Below the pieces are notes generated by a model. That model saw only the letters and a program-made list of their open reading frames with translations. It ran no database searches and was not told the origin of the DNA. This document shows, one piece after another, positions 18,856 through 28,829 of a stretch of 64,000 nucleotides of DNA; position 1 is the stretch's first letter, and each line of letters starts with the position of its first letter. The stretch covers positions 1,376,001-1,440,000 of the forward strand of contig OZ244999.1 in NCBI GenBank assembly GCA_965223265.1. Reading direction: 5' to 3'. This DNA is from Planctomycetota bacterium (GTDB lineage: Bacteria > Planctomycetota > UBA8108 > SXIK01). Position numbers and translations under genes: made by a program.

Positions 18856-20229
18856 ATGACTGCTGCATCAGAACCGACTCTTTCACGCCGAGAGTGGCTC
18901 AAGGTGGGCGCGTGTGGGCTGGGAGGCCTGACGTTGAGCGGTTTCACGCCGGCCCGGTCTGAGGCGGGCTTGTTGTCACCGAAGTCGCCTCATTTTCGCG
19001 CCAAAGCGAAGCGTGTTATCTTTCTGTTCATTAACGGCGGACCGTCGCAGTTCGAGTCGTTTGACTACAAACCGCAGTTGCGGGCCAACGGCGGCAAAAA
19101 GGGTGCGAAGAAGGGAACGCTGCTGGCACCGCTCTACGACTTCGCGCAGTATGGCGAAAGCGGGATGTGGATCTCCGACGCCTTCCCACACTTGGCGCAG
19201 CACGCCGACAGCCTTTGCATGCTCAATGGCATGCGCGGACCCAGCCGTGCTCACCCAATCGCGATTCCGATGTTGCACACGGGGGAGTTTCAGTTCGTAC
19301 GTCCTTCGCTGGGATCGTGGATTCTCTACGGCCTGGGAACGGAGAACCAGAATTTGCCGGGCTTCTTCACGATCAAGCCCACGCGCACGTTCGGCGGGCC
19401 CGCGAATTATGGCAGTGCGTTTCTGCCCAGCACTCTTCAAGCTACGCGGCTTGGATGGAGTGGACAGCCTGTCAAGGACGCCGGGATCCGCAACCTCACT
19501 CCTGGCCATGGCCTGCAGCCCGTTTCAGCGCGCGGCGCTTTCGCTCTGGCACAGAAGATGAATGAGCGGCTGCTCACACAGAGCCAAGACGTCGCTGGGG
19601 TGATGGATTCGCTCACGCTGAGTGAGCGCATGCAGCGTGCGGTGCCTGAGGTGCTCGACCTAGGTCGCGAGTCGAAATCGACGCTCGCGATGTACGGCGT
19701 CGGATCGGGAACGACCGACGACTTCGGGCGCCAATGTCTGTTGGCGCGGCGATTGGTGGAATCGGGTGTACGTTTCGTCGAAGTGAGCTCCGGTGGTTGG
19801 GATCACCACTCTAAGCTAGACAACTTCAGAAAGAAGGCCGCGCAGATTGACCAACCGATCGCTGCTTTACTCGCCGATCTGAAGCAACGCGGTCTGTTGG
19901 ATGAAACGCTTGTTCTGTGGACCGGCGAGTTCGGGCGTGAGCCGGAGACGCAGATCCTAGAAGGCAAGGAGACGCTCGGGCGTGACCACAACGCGTCAGG
20001 CTATACTGCCTGGCTAGCTGGCGGCGGCGTGCGCGCCGGCTTGACGCACGGGGCGACCGACGACCTGGGCTATAAGGCCGTGAGCGGTGAGGTGCACCTG
20101 CACGATCTACACGCCACGATGCTTCATCTTCTCGGCCTCGATCACACGCGTCTCGTTTTTCGCTACGGTGGCCGTGACTTCAGGCTGACGAACATCCACG
20201 GCAAGGTGGCGCACGACATCATTGCCTGA
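18856..20229 (+). CDS. DUF1501 family protein
   Basis: SRREWL Tat motif; NGGPSQFESFDYKP; CLLARRLVESGVRF; GEFGR; GRDHN. It is paired with the upstream DUF1549/1553 gene. Confidence 0.93.
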   Translation: MTAASEPTLSRREWLKVGACGLGGLTLSGFTPARSEAGLLSPKSPHFRAKAKRVIFLFINGGPSQFESFDYKPQLRANGGKKGAKKGTLLAPLYDFAQYGESGMWISDAFPHLAQHADSLCMLNGMRGPSRAHPIAIPMLHTGEFQFVRPSLGSWILYGLGTENQNLPGFFTIKPTRTFGGPANYGSAFLPSTLQATRLGWSGQPVKDAGIRNLTPGHGLQPVSARGAFALAQKMNERLLTQSQDVAGVMDSLTLSERMQRAVPEVLDLGRESKSTLAMYGVGSGTTDDFGRQCLLARRLVESGVRFVEVSSGGWDHHSKLDNFRKKAAQIDQPIAALLADLKQRGLLDETLVLWTGEFGREPETQILEGKETLGRDHNASGYTAWLAGGGVRAGLTHGATDDLGYKAVSGEVHLHDLHATMLHLLGLDHTRLVFRYGGRDFRLTNIHGKVAHDIIA

Positions 20230-20437
20230 GGCAGACTTCGTTCTTTGGCCTTGCCGTTTGCCAAACGCGCGTTTGTTCGCTGTTGCAGGACCCGTCGCGA
20301 AAAAATTCGTGTGGTCGGGGAAAATTCTGTGTTTTCCTGCGATCGCAGAGTGTGAGGTTCGACCGGACGACTCGGTCAAGCCTCGGAGAGGTGGTTGGCA
20401 CTGCCGGGAGTTGCCCCGCGCGTGGATCGTCGTCGAC

Positions 20438-20453
20438 AGTGACGTAGGTCACA
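20438..20453. promoter_or_regulatory. CRP-type operator (9/10 match) upstream of the Crp/Fnr regulator
   Basis: AGTGA CGTAGG TCACA followed by TT. Confidence 0.45.
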
Positions 20454-20690
20454 TTCGGTCTCTGCTCTGAGTCCGTATCATGAGCGTCACGGTTGCCTCT
20501 ACAGGTCTGCGATCCGAGACGTACGCTGTGGAATGCTACGTGCTACGACGATTGGGAAATGTCTGAGGCCCGCGCGGCTGGCGTTGTCAGCGACGCTCGA
20601 TCGTGCGGCCGAAAGGAACGCGGTGTGCACGACGCTACTGCACGATCAGTGACCTCGGACGTGCGGGTCACTCTTCACTCGTAATGAAAA

Positions 20691-21365
20691 ATGTCCAACG
20701 AACATCAGAAAGAAGTTCTTCAGTTCCTTGCAGGGGAATCGATTTTCGGGAATGTCGGACAATCTGCGCTCGAGCGGCTTGCAGCGCTTGGGCAGTTTCG
20801 AGACGTCTCCACTGGCGATTCGCTCTTTCGTGCCGGGCAATCTTGTGAGGCTCTTCACTTTCTGGTTGTCGGGCAAGCGCGCGTTATCTTGCTTTCCCCG
20901 GACGGTCGAGAGCGAACGCTTCACTTGGTCCTTCCGGGCGACATGGTGGGGGCGGTGGCGTTCTTCGATTGCATGGTCTATCCGTGTAGCGTCATCGCTG
21001 ACCTTGATTGCCGATTCTTGATGTTTCACCGCTGCGACTTGCTTCAACTCCTCACCGAAGAGGGGGAGGTTACCCTCAGCCTTCTCGGCGGCCTGGTGGC
21101 CAGGCAGCGAAAAATCGTCGGCCATCTCGAGAAGCTCTCCTTCGAAGATACGTCATCTAGACTCTGGAGTTACCTCCTGGAGAATTCTCAACCCGCCGTC
21201 GACGGCTACCCGCGATGCGTGGAGCATTTGCCGACGCGGGAGAAGATAGCGGGAGCCATCGGTACGGTTCGTGAGGTCGTCTCTCGCCGGCTTTCGCAGT
21301 TGATCAAATCTGGACACATCAGCATCGAGGGAAGAAAGCTCATCCTACACAAACCGATCAGTTGA
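20691..21365 (+). CDS. Crp/Fnr family transcriptional regulator
   Basis: cNMP-binding barrel (LFRAGQSCEALHFLVVGQARV..SPDGRE..L...PGD) and HTH TREKIAGAIGTVREVVSR. There is no FNR-type N-terminal Cys cluster. Confidence 0.92.
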   Translation: MSNEHQKEVLQFLAGESIFGNVGQSALERLAALGQFRDVSTGDSLFRAGQSCEALHFLVVGQARVILLSPDGRERTLHLVLPGDMVGAVAFFDCMVYPCSVIADLDCRFLMFHRCDLLQLLTEEGEVTLSLLGGLVARQRKIVGHLEKLSFEDTSSRLWSYLLENSQPAVDGYPRCVEHLPTREKIAGAIGTVREVVSRRLSQLIKSGHISIEGRKLILHKPIS

Positions 21366-21562
21366 TCTGTTCGAGTGAGTTTTTGCTGTGCGCCGAAGCG
21401 GGACGATTGTTCGGCGTTTGGCCCGTACGCGCAATGGTGTTTGTTTGCTCCGATATTATCGCGTTTGTTCTTGGCGTTTCTTTTTCGCCGGAAGACATTG
21501 ATCGATTCGAGCCAGGATCTCGAGGAGTTTGCCCGGTACGACGTTAGTGGGCGAGAGTGAGC

Positions 21563-22999
21563 ATGAGTGAAACGAGGGATCCGTTCATCGACGCCGCATG
21601 TGCCGCCGCGCCAGGGGCAGAAGACGACGCTCTTTCGCTGCTGCAGCGTTACGACCGACCCGGTCCTCGGTACACGTCCTACCCGACCGCAGTCGAGTTT
21701 CATGAGTACGACGACCGTGCTTATCGAGCACGGTTGAAAGAAGCCGACGCTGCCGTAAACGAGCCCTTGTCGTTCTACGTTCACATTCCGTTTTGTAAAG
21801 AACACTGTTCCTACTGCGGCTGCAACGTCGTTCGTACCAAGAAGCGCACAGTCGCTGTCGACTACTTGAATCGGCTTTACCGAGAGATTGATTTGCTCGC
21901 CGAGCATCTGCCCAACCGCCGGCGTGTCTCACAATACCACTGGGGCGGTGGCACGCCGACCTACCTGTCGACCTCCCAGATGGAGACGCTTCACGCCTGT
22001 TTTACGACTCATTTCACGCTGGATCCGGGTGGCGAGAGGGCGATCGAAGTCGACCCGCGGGTCACCACCGACGAGCAGATCCGGCTGCTCCGAAATCTCG
22101 GGTTCAATCGCATATCGATGGGCGTGCAAGATTTTGACACGCAGGTGCAAGCCGCCATCGACCGCAACCAGACCGAAGCGGAGACCCGGGAGCTCTACGG
22201 CAAGTGTCGTAACCTCGGTTTTTCGTCGATCAACTTGGATCTGATCTACGGTCTGCCGCGGCAATCACCACGCTCGTTCCAGGAAACGATGCGTTCAGTC
22301 GTCGACTTGCAGCCAGATCGCGTTGCGATCTACTCCTACGCGCATGTGCCCTGGTTGAAAGCGCACCAGAAGCGAATCCGGGCCGAGGACTTGCCGCTAC
22401 CGGAGATCAAGCTGCGGTTGTTCTGTATCGCACGAGAAGAGTTGCTCGCTGCTGGCTACGTGCAGATCGGAATGGATCATTTTGCTCGACCGAACGATGA
22501 ACTGGTTGCAGCCGTTAGGAGCCGTCGACTCCACCGGAACTTCATGGGCTACACCGTCAAGATGGGAAGCGACATGGTCGGTGTCGGCATCTCGTCGATC
22601 GGAGACGTGTGTGCGAGTTTCGCCCAAAACCACAAGAAGCTCTCGTCGTATTACAAAGCGCTCGACGAAGGTCTTTTCCCGGTTGAACGCGGGTACGAGT
22701 TGACCGACGACGACCGGGTGCGGCGTGAAGTCATCGCACACTTGATGTGTAACTTCTACGTGGATCGGCGCGATGTCGAACAGCGGTTTGGAATCAAGTT
22801 CTCAGATTACTTCGCTACCGAGATCGCGGAACTGAGTGCGGCGGATGGCCCGATCGAGCATGGGTTTCTCACTTGCGATGAGACTCATCTAGAGGTCGTC
22901 GGCAACGGCAAGTTGTTTGTGCGGAATATCTGCATGGTGTTCGACGCTCACCTGCGGCGTGAAAAGCCGCAGGCGCAGGTCTTCTCGCGCACCGTGTGA
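21563..22999 (+). CDS. hemN: Oxygen-independent coproporphyrinogen III oxidase (radical SAM)
   Basis: GPRYTSYPTA, YVHIPFCKEHCSYCGC, HWGGGTPT, GVQDFD, DLIYGLP, IGMDHFA, RNFMGYT and terminal FSRTV. Confidence 0.96.
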   Translation: MSETRDPFIDAACAAAPGAEDDALSLLQRYDRPGPRYTSYPTAVEFHEYDDRAYRARLKEADAAVNEPLSFYVHIPFCKEHCSYCGCNVVRTKKRTVAVDYLNRLYREIDLLAEHLPNRRRVSQYHWGGGTPTYLSTSQMETLHACFTTHFTLDPGGERAIEVDPRVTTDEQIRLLRNLGFNRISMGVQDFDTQVQAAIDRNQTEAETRELYGKCRNLGFSSINLDLIYGLPRQSPRSFQETMRSVVDLQPDRVAIYSYAHVPWLKAHQKRIRAEDLPLPEIKLRLFCIAREELLAAGYVQIGMDHFARPNDELVAAVRSRRLHRNFMGYTVKMGSDMVGVGISSIGDVCASFAQNHKKLSSYYKALDEGLFPVERGYELTDDDRVRREVIAHLMCNFYVDRRDVEQRFGIKFSDYFATEIAELSAADGPIEHGFLTCDETHLEVVGNGKLFVRNICMVFDAHLRREKPQAQVFSRTV

Positions 23000-23136
23000 A
23001 AGAAAGAGTCTTCGGCGATTTGTCTTCTTCGTGTGGACGCTCCGGGGAATCGGTCGCTTCACCGGCGCCGATGCGATACCATCCGGTGTCGCTCCGTGAG
23101 AGTGGCGGTTGTCTGCGGCATACGTGGAAGGTGCGG

Positions 23137-23730
23137 ATGGAGCCCATCGATCCGGAACTCGTGAAATCACAGCCCTGCGCTGAGGCCTTTGGCCGGATGT
23201 TTTGGGCGTTTCTTTTCTTCTTCGATTTTCGGCTCGGCGTTAATGAGGTTCGCGTCGACGTTCTTCCGGATGTCGTCGGCTGGTGCCTGTTTGCGGTTGC
23301 GCTCGCGAAGATTTCTGAAGTTTCGCCTGCAGTCGTGAGTCTTCGTTGGTTTGCGCTCTGGCTTCTTGTGTGGTCGATCTTTGACGTAGTTCAGTTTCGT
23401 GGCGCTAGCGACATCGAGGAGTTGAATGCGGTTTTCCTCATTCTTGGGATCATTGCCGGCGTCTTGAACGTTGTTTTCGTCTGGAAACTTTGTGGTTTGA
23501 TCATCGAGATGGCTTCGGCCGTTGGTGATACAGTGGTGCGGCGGAATGCGGACGCACGTCGGAAGATCTATCTCGGTTTCCACATCTTTCTTCTGGTCTC
23601 CATCGGCCTTGCCGCTGCGGCGCCGCCGTTCGCTCTCGTCGCCGTCATCGTCGGCATTCCCTTGGCGATCGTCATTCTCTGTCTCATGATGGGACTGATG
23701 AAGCAGACGGAGAGAATGTGTCTGGCGTGA
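23137..23730 (+). CDS. Integral membrane protein of unknown function
   Basis: About 6 hydrophobic segments and a DVLPDVVGW motif. The start was chosen at MEPIDP. Confidence 0.7.
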   Translation: MEPIDPELVKSQPCAEAFGRMFWAFLFFFDFRLGVNEVRVDVLPDVVGWCLFAVALAKISEVSPAVVSLRWFALWLLVWSIFDVVQFRGASDIEELNAVFLILGIIAGVLNVVFVWKLCGLIIEMASAVGDTVVRRNADARRKIYLGFHIFLLVSIGLAAAAPPFALVAVIVGIPLAIVILCLMMGLMKQTERMCLA

Positions 23731-23746
23731 GCGGGTCGGCAGCAGC

Positions 23747-24331
23747 TATGTAGCGAACAACGAGAACGGTACGATCTATCGGGTCACGCCGGAAGGGGAT
23801 GTGCAGGTCTACGTCGATGGTCAGACGCGGCCCGAGATGCTGGCGTTCGATCGCCACGGCGCTCTCTTTTTTACCGCGTTTACTTTTGGCAAGGTCTACA
23901 AGATCGACGCCGAAAGGAATGTTAGCTTGTTCGTAGATGGCACAGAAGAAACTGACATTCGTGGCATCGCTTTCGATGACAATGGGGACCTCTACGCCTG
24001 CGGCGATCCTCGAGGTGTCATCTATAAGATCACTGGGCCTCGCTTCGTTCGCGGCGAGTGCAACGGCGACAGCGAGGTTGACTTGGCGGATGCTGTCTGC
24101 AGTCTCGACAAGCTCTTCCTCTCCGGCGCTGCCGATTTCGAATGCGCCGCGGCGTTCAACGTCAACGGCGACAATTCGGTCGATATCTCAGATCCGATCG
24201 CGCTGCTCAATTTCCTCTTTGTGACTGACGCCTTTCCAACGCCCGCCGAGCCGTTTCCAGACTGCGGACCGGAAACATTGGCTGTGGACAACGAGCTCGG
24301 GTGCGAGTCACGGCCGAGCCGCTGTCAGTAG
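23747..24331 (+). pseudogene. 5'-truncated NHL/SMP-30-like propeller repeats plus planctomycete C-terminal dockerin-like domain
   Basis: Blade repeats (YVANNENGTIYRVTPEG, LAFDRHGALF, IAFDDNGDLY) continue upstream of the GTG at 23801 and stop abruptly, with no signal peptide. The C-terminus reads FVRGECNGDSEVDLAD...C.AA.NVNGDNSVDISD...PFPDCG. Confidence 0.6.
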
Positions 24332-24483
24332 TGCGAGAACGAGGATCTTCACCCTGCAACTGTGCGCCACAGGGACCGATCGACGTCTGATGTCCTCGAC
24401 GTGAGAGCCTCGTCGCATCTTTTCCCTCCCGCGACCGCGTTGCGGCTCGAAGCCGTTCAAAAACTTCCCAGCCCTCGCGTGCT

Positions 24484-25590
24484 CTACAACCGCCAGAAGA
24501 TCCGCTTGCGGTATAAGAAGTAGAGCAGGAACCACTTGATCGAAAACATGACGACTTCGAAGAAGAATGGATGTAGTTTGCGCTCCTCGTCATGCAGGAG
24601 GAGATGCGTCAGGTCTCGAAAGGCGATGAACTGCTGCGCAATGTAGATCACGAGTGGATTCATGCCGATGACGACGAAGAGGAAGGACCAGCGTCGGATC
24701 CTCCAGACGTCGATCACTAGATAGAACGAAGCCAACAGGATCAGACTCCAGCCAACCGTCACCATCACGAACGAGCTGCTCCACAGGTTCTTGTTGATGG
24801 GAAACGCGCTGTCCCACACCTGGCCGCTCGCCCAGCACGCGAGACCCGCCAGAAACATGGCGCTGGTCTTGCGGTAGTCGGACTTTCCTGATGTGCGGAA
24901 AAATTCCCCGGCGATGATGCCGGCGAGCACGTTGACGACGGACGGTAGCGTCGCCAAGAGGCCGTTCGGGTCGCGGTCTGTCTGGTACAACCTCCCCGGC
25001 ACCAGGAGACGGTCGATGTAGCTGGCCAGCGTGTGCCCTGGCGTCAGATCCCCAGCACCGAATCCCGGCACGGGAATCAACGTCATGGCAGCCCAGTACC
25101 CAAGCAACAGCGCGGCACAGATGGCGACACGGCCAGCTACCCCTCGGATGTGGAGCGCCAGCAGTGTCCCTGCCAAATACCCGAGCCCGATCCTCCCGAG
25201 GACACTGCAGTAGATGATGTTCGGAAAATCCAGCGTGAGAATGCCGTTGTAGATCAAGCCCCACAGAACCAGAAGGAAGCTGCGCTTGACGACGTGGACA
25301 TGAATGCGCGCGACGCTTTCGCCTCGCTCGAGGCGCTTGTGGAGCGAGAATGGAAAGGACACGCCCGCGAGGAACATGAAGAGTGGAAAGATGAGGTCGA
25401 AGAACGTGAACCCGTTCCACTCCACGTGCTCGAACTCGGCGTTGACCCATTGCAGCCACCCCCAGCCGGTCGACTCGGTAAGGATCTGCGTCATGGCTTG
25501 CGCGCCGGCAATCATGAACATGTCGAACCCCCGCAGCGCATCGAGGGAGAGCAACCGCTCGGGGTGTCGCCGAATGTCTTGTGTCGTCAT
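24484..25590 (-). CDS. Heparan-alpha-glucosaminide N-acetyltransferase-like (DUF5009/NagX-like) membrane acyltransferase
   Basis: RLLSLDALRGFDM, DLIFPLFMFLAG, VLGRIG, DPNGLL, PINKNLWSSSF and GMNPL. Confidence 0.9.
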   Translation of the reverse strand: MTTQDIRRHPERLLSLDALRGFDMFMIAGAQAMTQILTESTGWGWLQWVNAEFEHVEWNGFTFFDLIFPLFMFLAGVSFPFSLHKRLERGESVARIHVHVVKRSFLLVLWGLIYNGILTLDFPNIIYCSVLGRIGLGYLAGTLLALHIRGVAGRVAICAALLLGYWAAMTLIPVPGFGAGDLTPGHTLASYIDRLLVPGRLYQTDRDPNGLLATLPSVVNVLAGIIAGEFFRTSGKSDYRKTSAMFLAGLACWASGQVWDSAFPINKNLWSSSFVMVTVGWSLILLASFYLVIDVWRIRRWSFLFVVIGMNPLVIYIAQQFIAFRDLTHLLLHDEERKLHPFFFEVVMFSIKWFLLYFLYRKRIFWRL

Positions 25591-25821
25591 CGAAGGGATC
25601 CTCTCGTCCCGCGGCGAGATCGTGCGTGTCTTCGGGACGTTGTTTACTTGCCGGTCGGTTGGGTTCGTGCGTCTGGCAGACGCCGTCGTTTGTTGAAGCG
25701 GCTACCAGTGGCGGAAAGTGTCCCGCCCCGAGTGTGGGGAAGCGCCGATGACCCGGGAGCCAGGAGAGACCAAGGGGACAACGATAACGAACCAAGCCTT
25801 CACCGACTACAATCGATCCAC

Positions 25822-26568
25822 ATGTCTCTACGAAAGTCTGAGTCGCAGAAGGATGGTGCGGGCGCACTAGAAGAATCGGTGAGCGCAGCAAGCCACCGGT
25901 TTAGCGAAGAGGCCGCGCGACCTCTCGCAGTGACCACCTTCTTGCGAGCGCTGCCCATTCTCTTGTACGTTCCGCTTGGCATACTGATCGCTTGGCATCT
26001 CAAGGTGTTCAGATCGGATCCACACCCGTTGGTCTTCACGCCGCTGATTCTCCCAGTGCTGCCGCTGCTACTGCAGCCGTCGCGCCGTACCTTTGTATTC
26101 ACTGGGATCGTCGTTCTTGAGATCTTGTGCGGAGGACTTGCGTATCACACCATCGGGGAAATCGTTAGCCAGTTCGTTTTGGTTAACATCTTCCTTCTCA
26201 ACGCTATTCCGACAGTGAGTCTCTGTTTCCGTTCCAAGAAGATGTCAACCGCTGGAATCGTCATTGCGTCAGCGGCCGCAGTATTCGTCGTACCCCAGCA
26301 CGCCTGGCTTGGATGGCGCTGGATCGCGGTGCACGCTGAAGCCGAGCGGGTCGTGCAGTGGGCGGAAGAGTCTTGTCGTGTCAGCGGGGTGTATCCCGAG
26401 GACCTCAAGGACTACTCGCACGCTCGAAGCTGGACGGCACGCTACATTCACTACGGGCAGTCGGCTGTCGGATACCCGCCCCCGTTTTACTTGAGTTACT
26501 ACGTCGGTACGACGTCCACGTCACACACGTACATGGGGAACGGGGATTGGTTCTACTACCCCGATTGA
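25822..26568 (+). CDS. Hypothetical membrane protein
   Basis: About 5 TM segments followed by a small soluble domain (GVYPEDL...WFYYPD). The longer ORF-track call includes antisense overlap. Confidence 0.6.
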   Translation: MSLRKSESQKDGAGALEESVSAASHRFSEEAARPLAVTTFLRALPILLYVPLGILIAWHLKVFRSDPHPLVFTPLILPVLPLLLQPSRRTFVFTGIVVLEILCGGLAYHTIGEIVSQFVLVNIFLLNAIPTVSLCFRSKKMSTAGIVIASAAAVFVVPQHAWLGWRWIAVHAEAERVVQWAEESCRVSGVYPEDLKDYSHARSWTARYIHYGQSAVGYPPPFYLSYYVGTTSTSHTYMGNGDWFYYPD

Positions 26569-26603
26569 GCCTGGGAGTCGAGTAGCATCCGGCAGTTATG
26601 CCC

Positions 26604-27545
26604 TCACGCAAGCCGCGGCCTCAAGAATTCCGCGCTCCGTCGCACCGCCTCCTCGACCGACATCTTTTCGAACGCGGCTTGGTGTGCGGTGAAGTAGCCG
26701 CGGTAGCCGATCTCGTCGAGTCCGGCGAACACCTCGTCGAAGTCGACGCCGCCTTCGTCCCACAGGCCGATCGGCTGGATGCCGACTTTGCCGCGCGCCC
26801 ACGTTGTGAGGCGTACCGTACCGTCCGGATCGTTCCTGTGATTCTGCACGTAGACGTTGAAGAGATAGGGCGACAGCCTTTTGATCGTCTCGCGGCCGTA
26901 GTCTTGATCGGTCGCCATCCAGTTAGCTGGCTCGTAGATGATGCCGAAGTTCTCGCGTCCGACGGCTTGCAGAACGCGCAGCGACCCATCGACCGTTTCG
27001 AAGAGGCTGGCGCAGTGGGCTTGGTGGACGAGGCGAATTCCCCTCTCTCGTGCCTCGTCCGACGCCCGCTGAGCCCATGGGATGTCCTCATCCTTTTTCA
27101 TACAGATGCGGATCAAGTCCGTTTCGAACGCTTCCGCAAGATCGAGGTAGGGCGTGATGTTGCGGAGGCCGTCCGGACCGTGCTCGTCGTTTCTCGGCAC
27201 GGCGTAGTCGCCCGTCACCATCGAGACGCGGAGCGCGGCTGCGCGGATACCGGCGTGCATCGATTTCAAAGTGTCCGCGACCGTATGCGTTCCTGCCTGC
27301 GAGGCACGCATGCAGAGCGCTCGGTAGCCGTTGCCCTTCGCCAAGCCGATCAGCTGCTCGAGCGTCATCGATGACGTGTCCTTGCGACCGAAGGGTTCGG
27401 CCACGCGCACCGAGAGAGAAAGTTCCATTCGCGATTCCACCTGTTGTTTTCTGCGCGACCAAGAACAACCGCCGACGAGTCCGGCGGCGAGCACGTTGAG
27501 CGAGGTTGCGAGAGCCTCGCGGCGCGTCAGCTGGGGACTGACCAT
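26604..27545 (-). CDS. Sugar phosphate isomerase/epimerase (xylose-isomerase-like TIM barrel), Tat lipoprotein
   Basis: TRREAL twin-arginine and LVGGC lipobox; FGIIYEPAN, NVYVQN, GGVDFDEVF..L.EIGY.GY. Confidence 0.8.
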   Translation of the reverse strand: MVSPQLTRREALATSLNVLAAGLVGGCSWSRRKQQVESRMELSLSVRVAEPFGRKDTSSMTLEQLIGLAKGNGYRALCMRASQAGTHTVADTLKSMHAGIRAAALRVSMVTGDYAVPRNDEHGPDGLRNITPYLDLAEAFETDLIRICMKKDEDIPWAQRASDEARERGIRLVHQAHCASLFETVDGSLRVLQAVGRENFGIIYEPANWMATDQDYGRETIKRLSPYLFNVYVQNHRNDPDGTVRLTTWARGKVGIQPIGLWDEGGVDFDEVFAGLDEIGYRGYFTAHQAAFEKMSVEEAVRRSAEFLRPRLA

Positions 27546-28819
27546 GGCGTACGGTACTCCTTGGTGAGGAGACGATTGGCTTCGTCGTCACCGCGCACGG
27601 TTTCGGACTTGGGATCGAAGTGAAGGACGCGTCCCGTGCGGTACGCCACTTCACCGAGATGCACCAGGGCGCAGGAGAGATGCGCTGCTTCGGCGGACGC
27701 CGCCGGCGTCGTGCGGTTACGTACATGCTCGAGAAAACCAGGTAGGTGGCGGTCGCCACCGCGACCGCCCTTCATGCCCGGGCCCTTCTCCTGGCTCTTT
27801 CCCAAATACGTTTGAAAGTAACCACGGCGCGAAAACACCATGCGTCCCTCGGTGCCGTAGAACTCATTGCCGCTGTCGAACCCTTGCATGCCGTACGGCG
27901 TCCAACCGCGATCTTCGTAAAGCAGAACCTTTCCCTCGTCGTAGTGGTAGGCCACCATCATGTTGTCGGGGAACTCGCGTTCGCCTTCGAGGTCGATGCG
28001 GCTGCCATGGGCGGTGATGCGGACGGGATGTACGTTCACGCCGAGACCCCAGCGGGCGAGGTCGATGTCGTGGATCCCGTCTCCGCCGATGTCTCCATTG
28101 CCGTAGTCGCGGTACCAGTTCCAGTTGCGGTGGAAGCGGTTGACATTGAACGGCCGCTGCGGCGCCGGGCCGAGCCACATGTCGTAGTTGACCCCAGCAG
28201 GAGCCTGCGAGTCGGGGACTCTCCGGCGGTGACTGTGGCGCTGGACGTTCCACGCTTTCGTCATCTTGATGGTGCCGAGGATTCCCGAGGCCAGTACCTT
28301 GGCGGCCTCTGCGGTCACTTCACTCGAGCGCATCTGTGTCCCATGCTGGACGACACGCTTGGATCGCCGCGCCGCGTCGACGAGGAGGCGTCCCTCTCGA
28401 AAGACATGACTCGCAGGTTTTTCGAGGTAGATGTCTTTCTCTGCCTGCAGCGCAGCGACGGCGATCGGGCAGTGCCAGTGATGCGGAGTCGCGATCACCA
28501 GCGCATCCACGGAGTTGTCGTCGAGCACGCGACGATAGTCGCCGAAAAGCGTTGGCTTCTCACGGGTCGCCGACTCGAGGATGTTCGACGCTATCTCGAG
28601 TTGCCGGGGGTCAACGTCGCAGAGGCCGACGACTTTCGCGTCCGAGCGTCCTGCGAGCAACTTGACGTGAGAGAGTCCCATGCCCCCGACACCGATGACC
28701 GCGATGCGAATTGTCTCGTTGGCTGCGGCAAACGTCGCACGAGTGCTGCGCGCACCAAGCAGAGTGAAGCCTGCACCGCTACAGGCGCGAAGGAACGTTC
28801 GTCTTGTCTTTCGTCGCAT
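27527..28819 (-). CDS. Gfo/Idh/MocA family oxidoreductase, Tat-exported
   Basis: TRRTFL; IAVIGVGGMG; ATPHHWH; YLEKP; QHGTQMRS; MWLGPAP; GIHDID. Confidence 0.93.
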   Translation of the reverse strand: MRRKTRRTFLRACSGAGFTLLGARSTRATFAAANETIRIAVIGVGGMGLSHVKLLAGRSDAKVVGLCDVDPRQLEIASNILESATREKPTLFGDYRRVLDDNSVDALVIATPHHWHCPIAVAALQAEKDIYLEKPASHVFREGRLLVDAARRSKRVVQHGTQMRSSEVTAEAAKVLASGILGTIKMTKAWNVQRHSHRRRVPDSQAPAGVNYDMWLGPAPQRPFNVNRFHRNWNWYRDYGNGDIGGDGIHDIDLARWGLGVNVHPVRITAHGSRIDLEGEREFPDNMMVAYHYDEGKVLLYEDRGWTPYGMQGFDSGNEFYGTEGRMVFSRRGYFQTYLGKSQEKGPGMKGGRGGDRHLPGFLEHVRNRTTPAASAEAAHLSCALVHLGEVAYRTGRVLHFDPKSETVRGDDEANRLLTKEYRTPWSVPS

Positions 28820-28829
28820 CGGAGTTCCT

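Noticed and set aside
25033-25821. N-terminal 263 aa of the 511-aa ORF, and the 433-aa ORF 24590-25891
   Set aside because: Both overlap the acetyltransferase gene and are Arg/Pro-rich noise. Only the part from 25822 looks coding.
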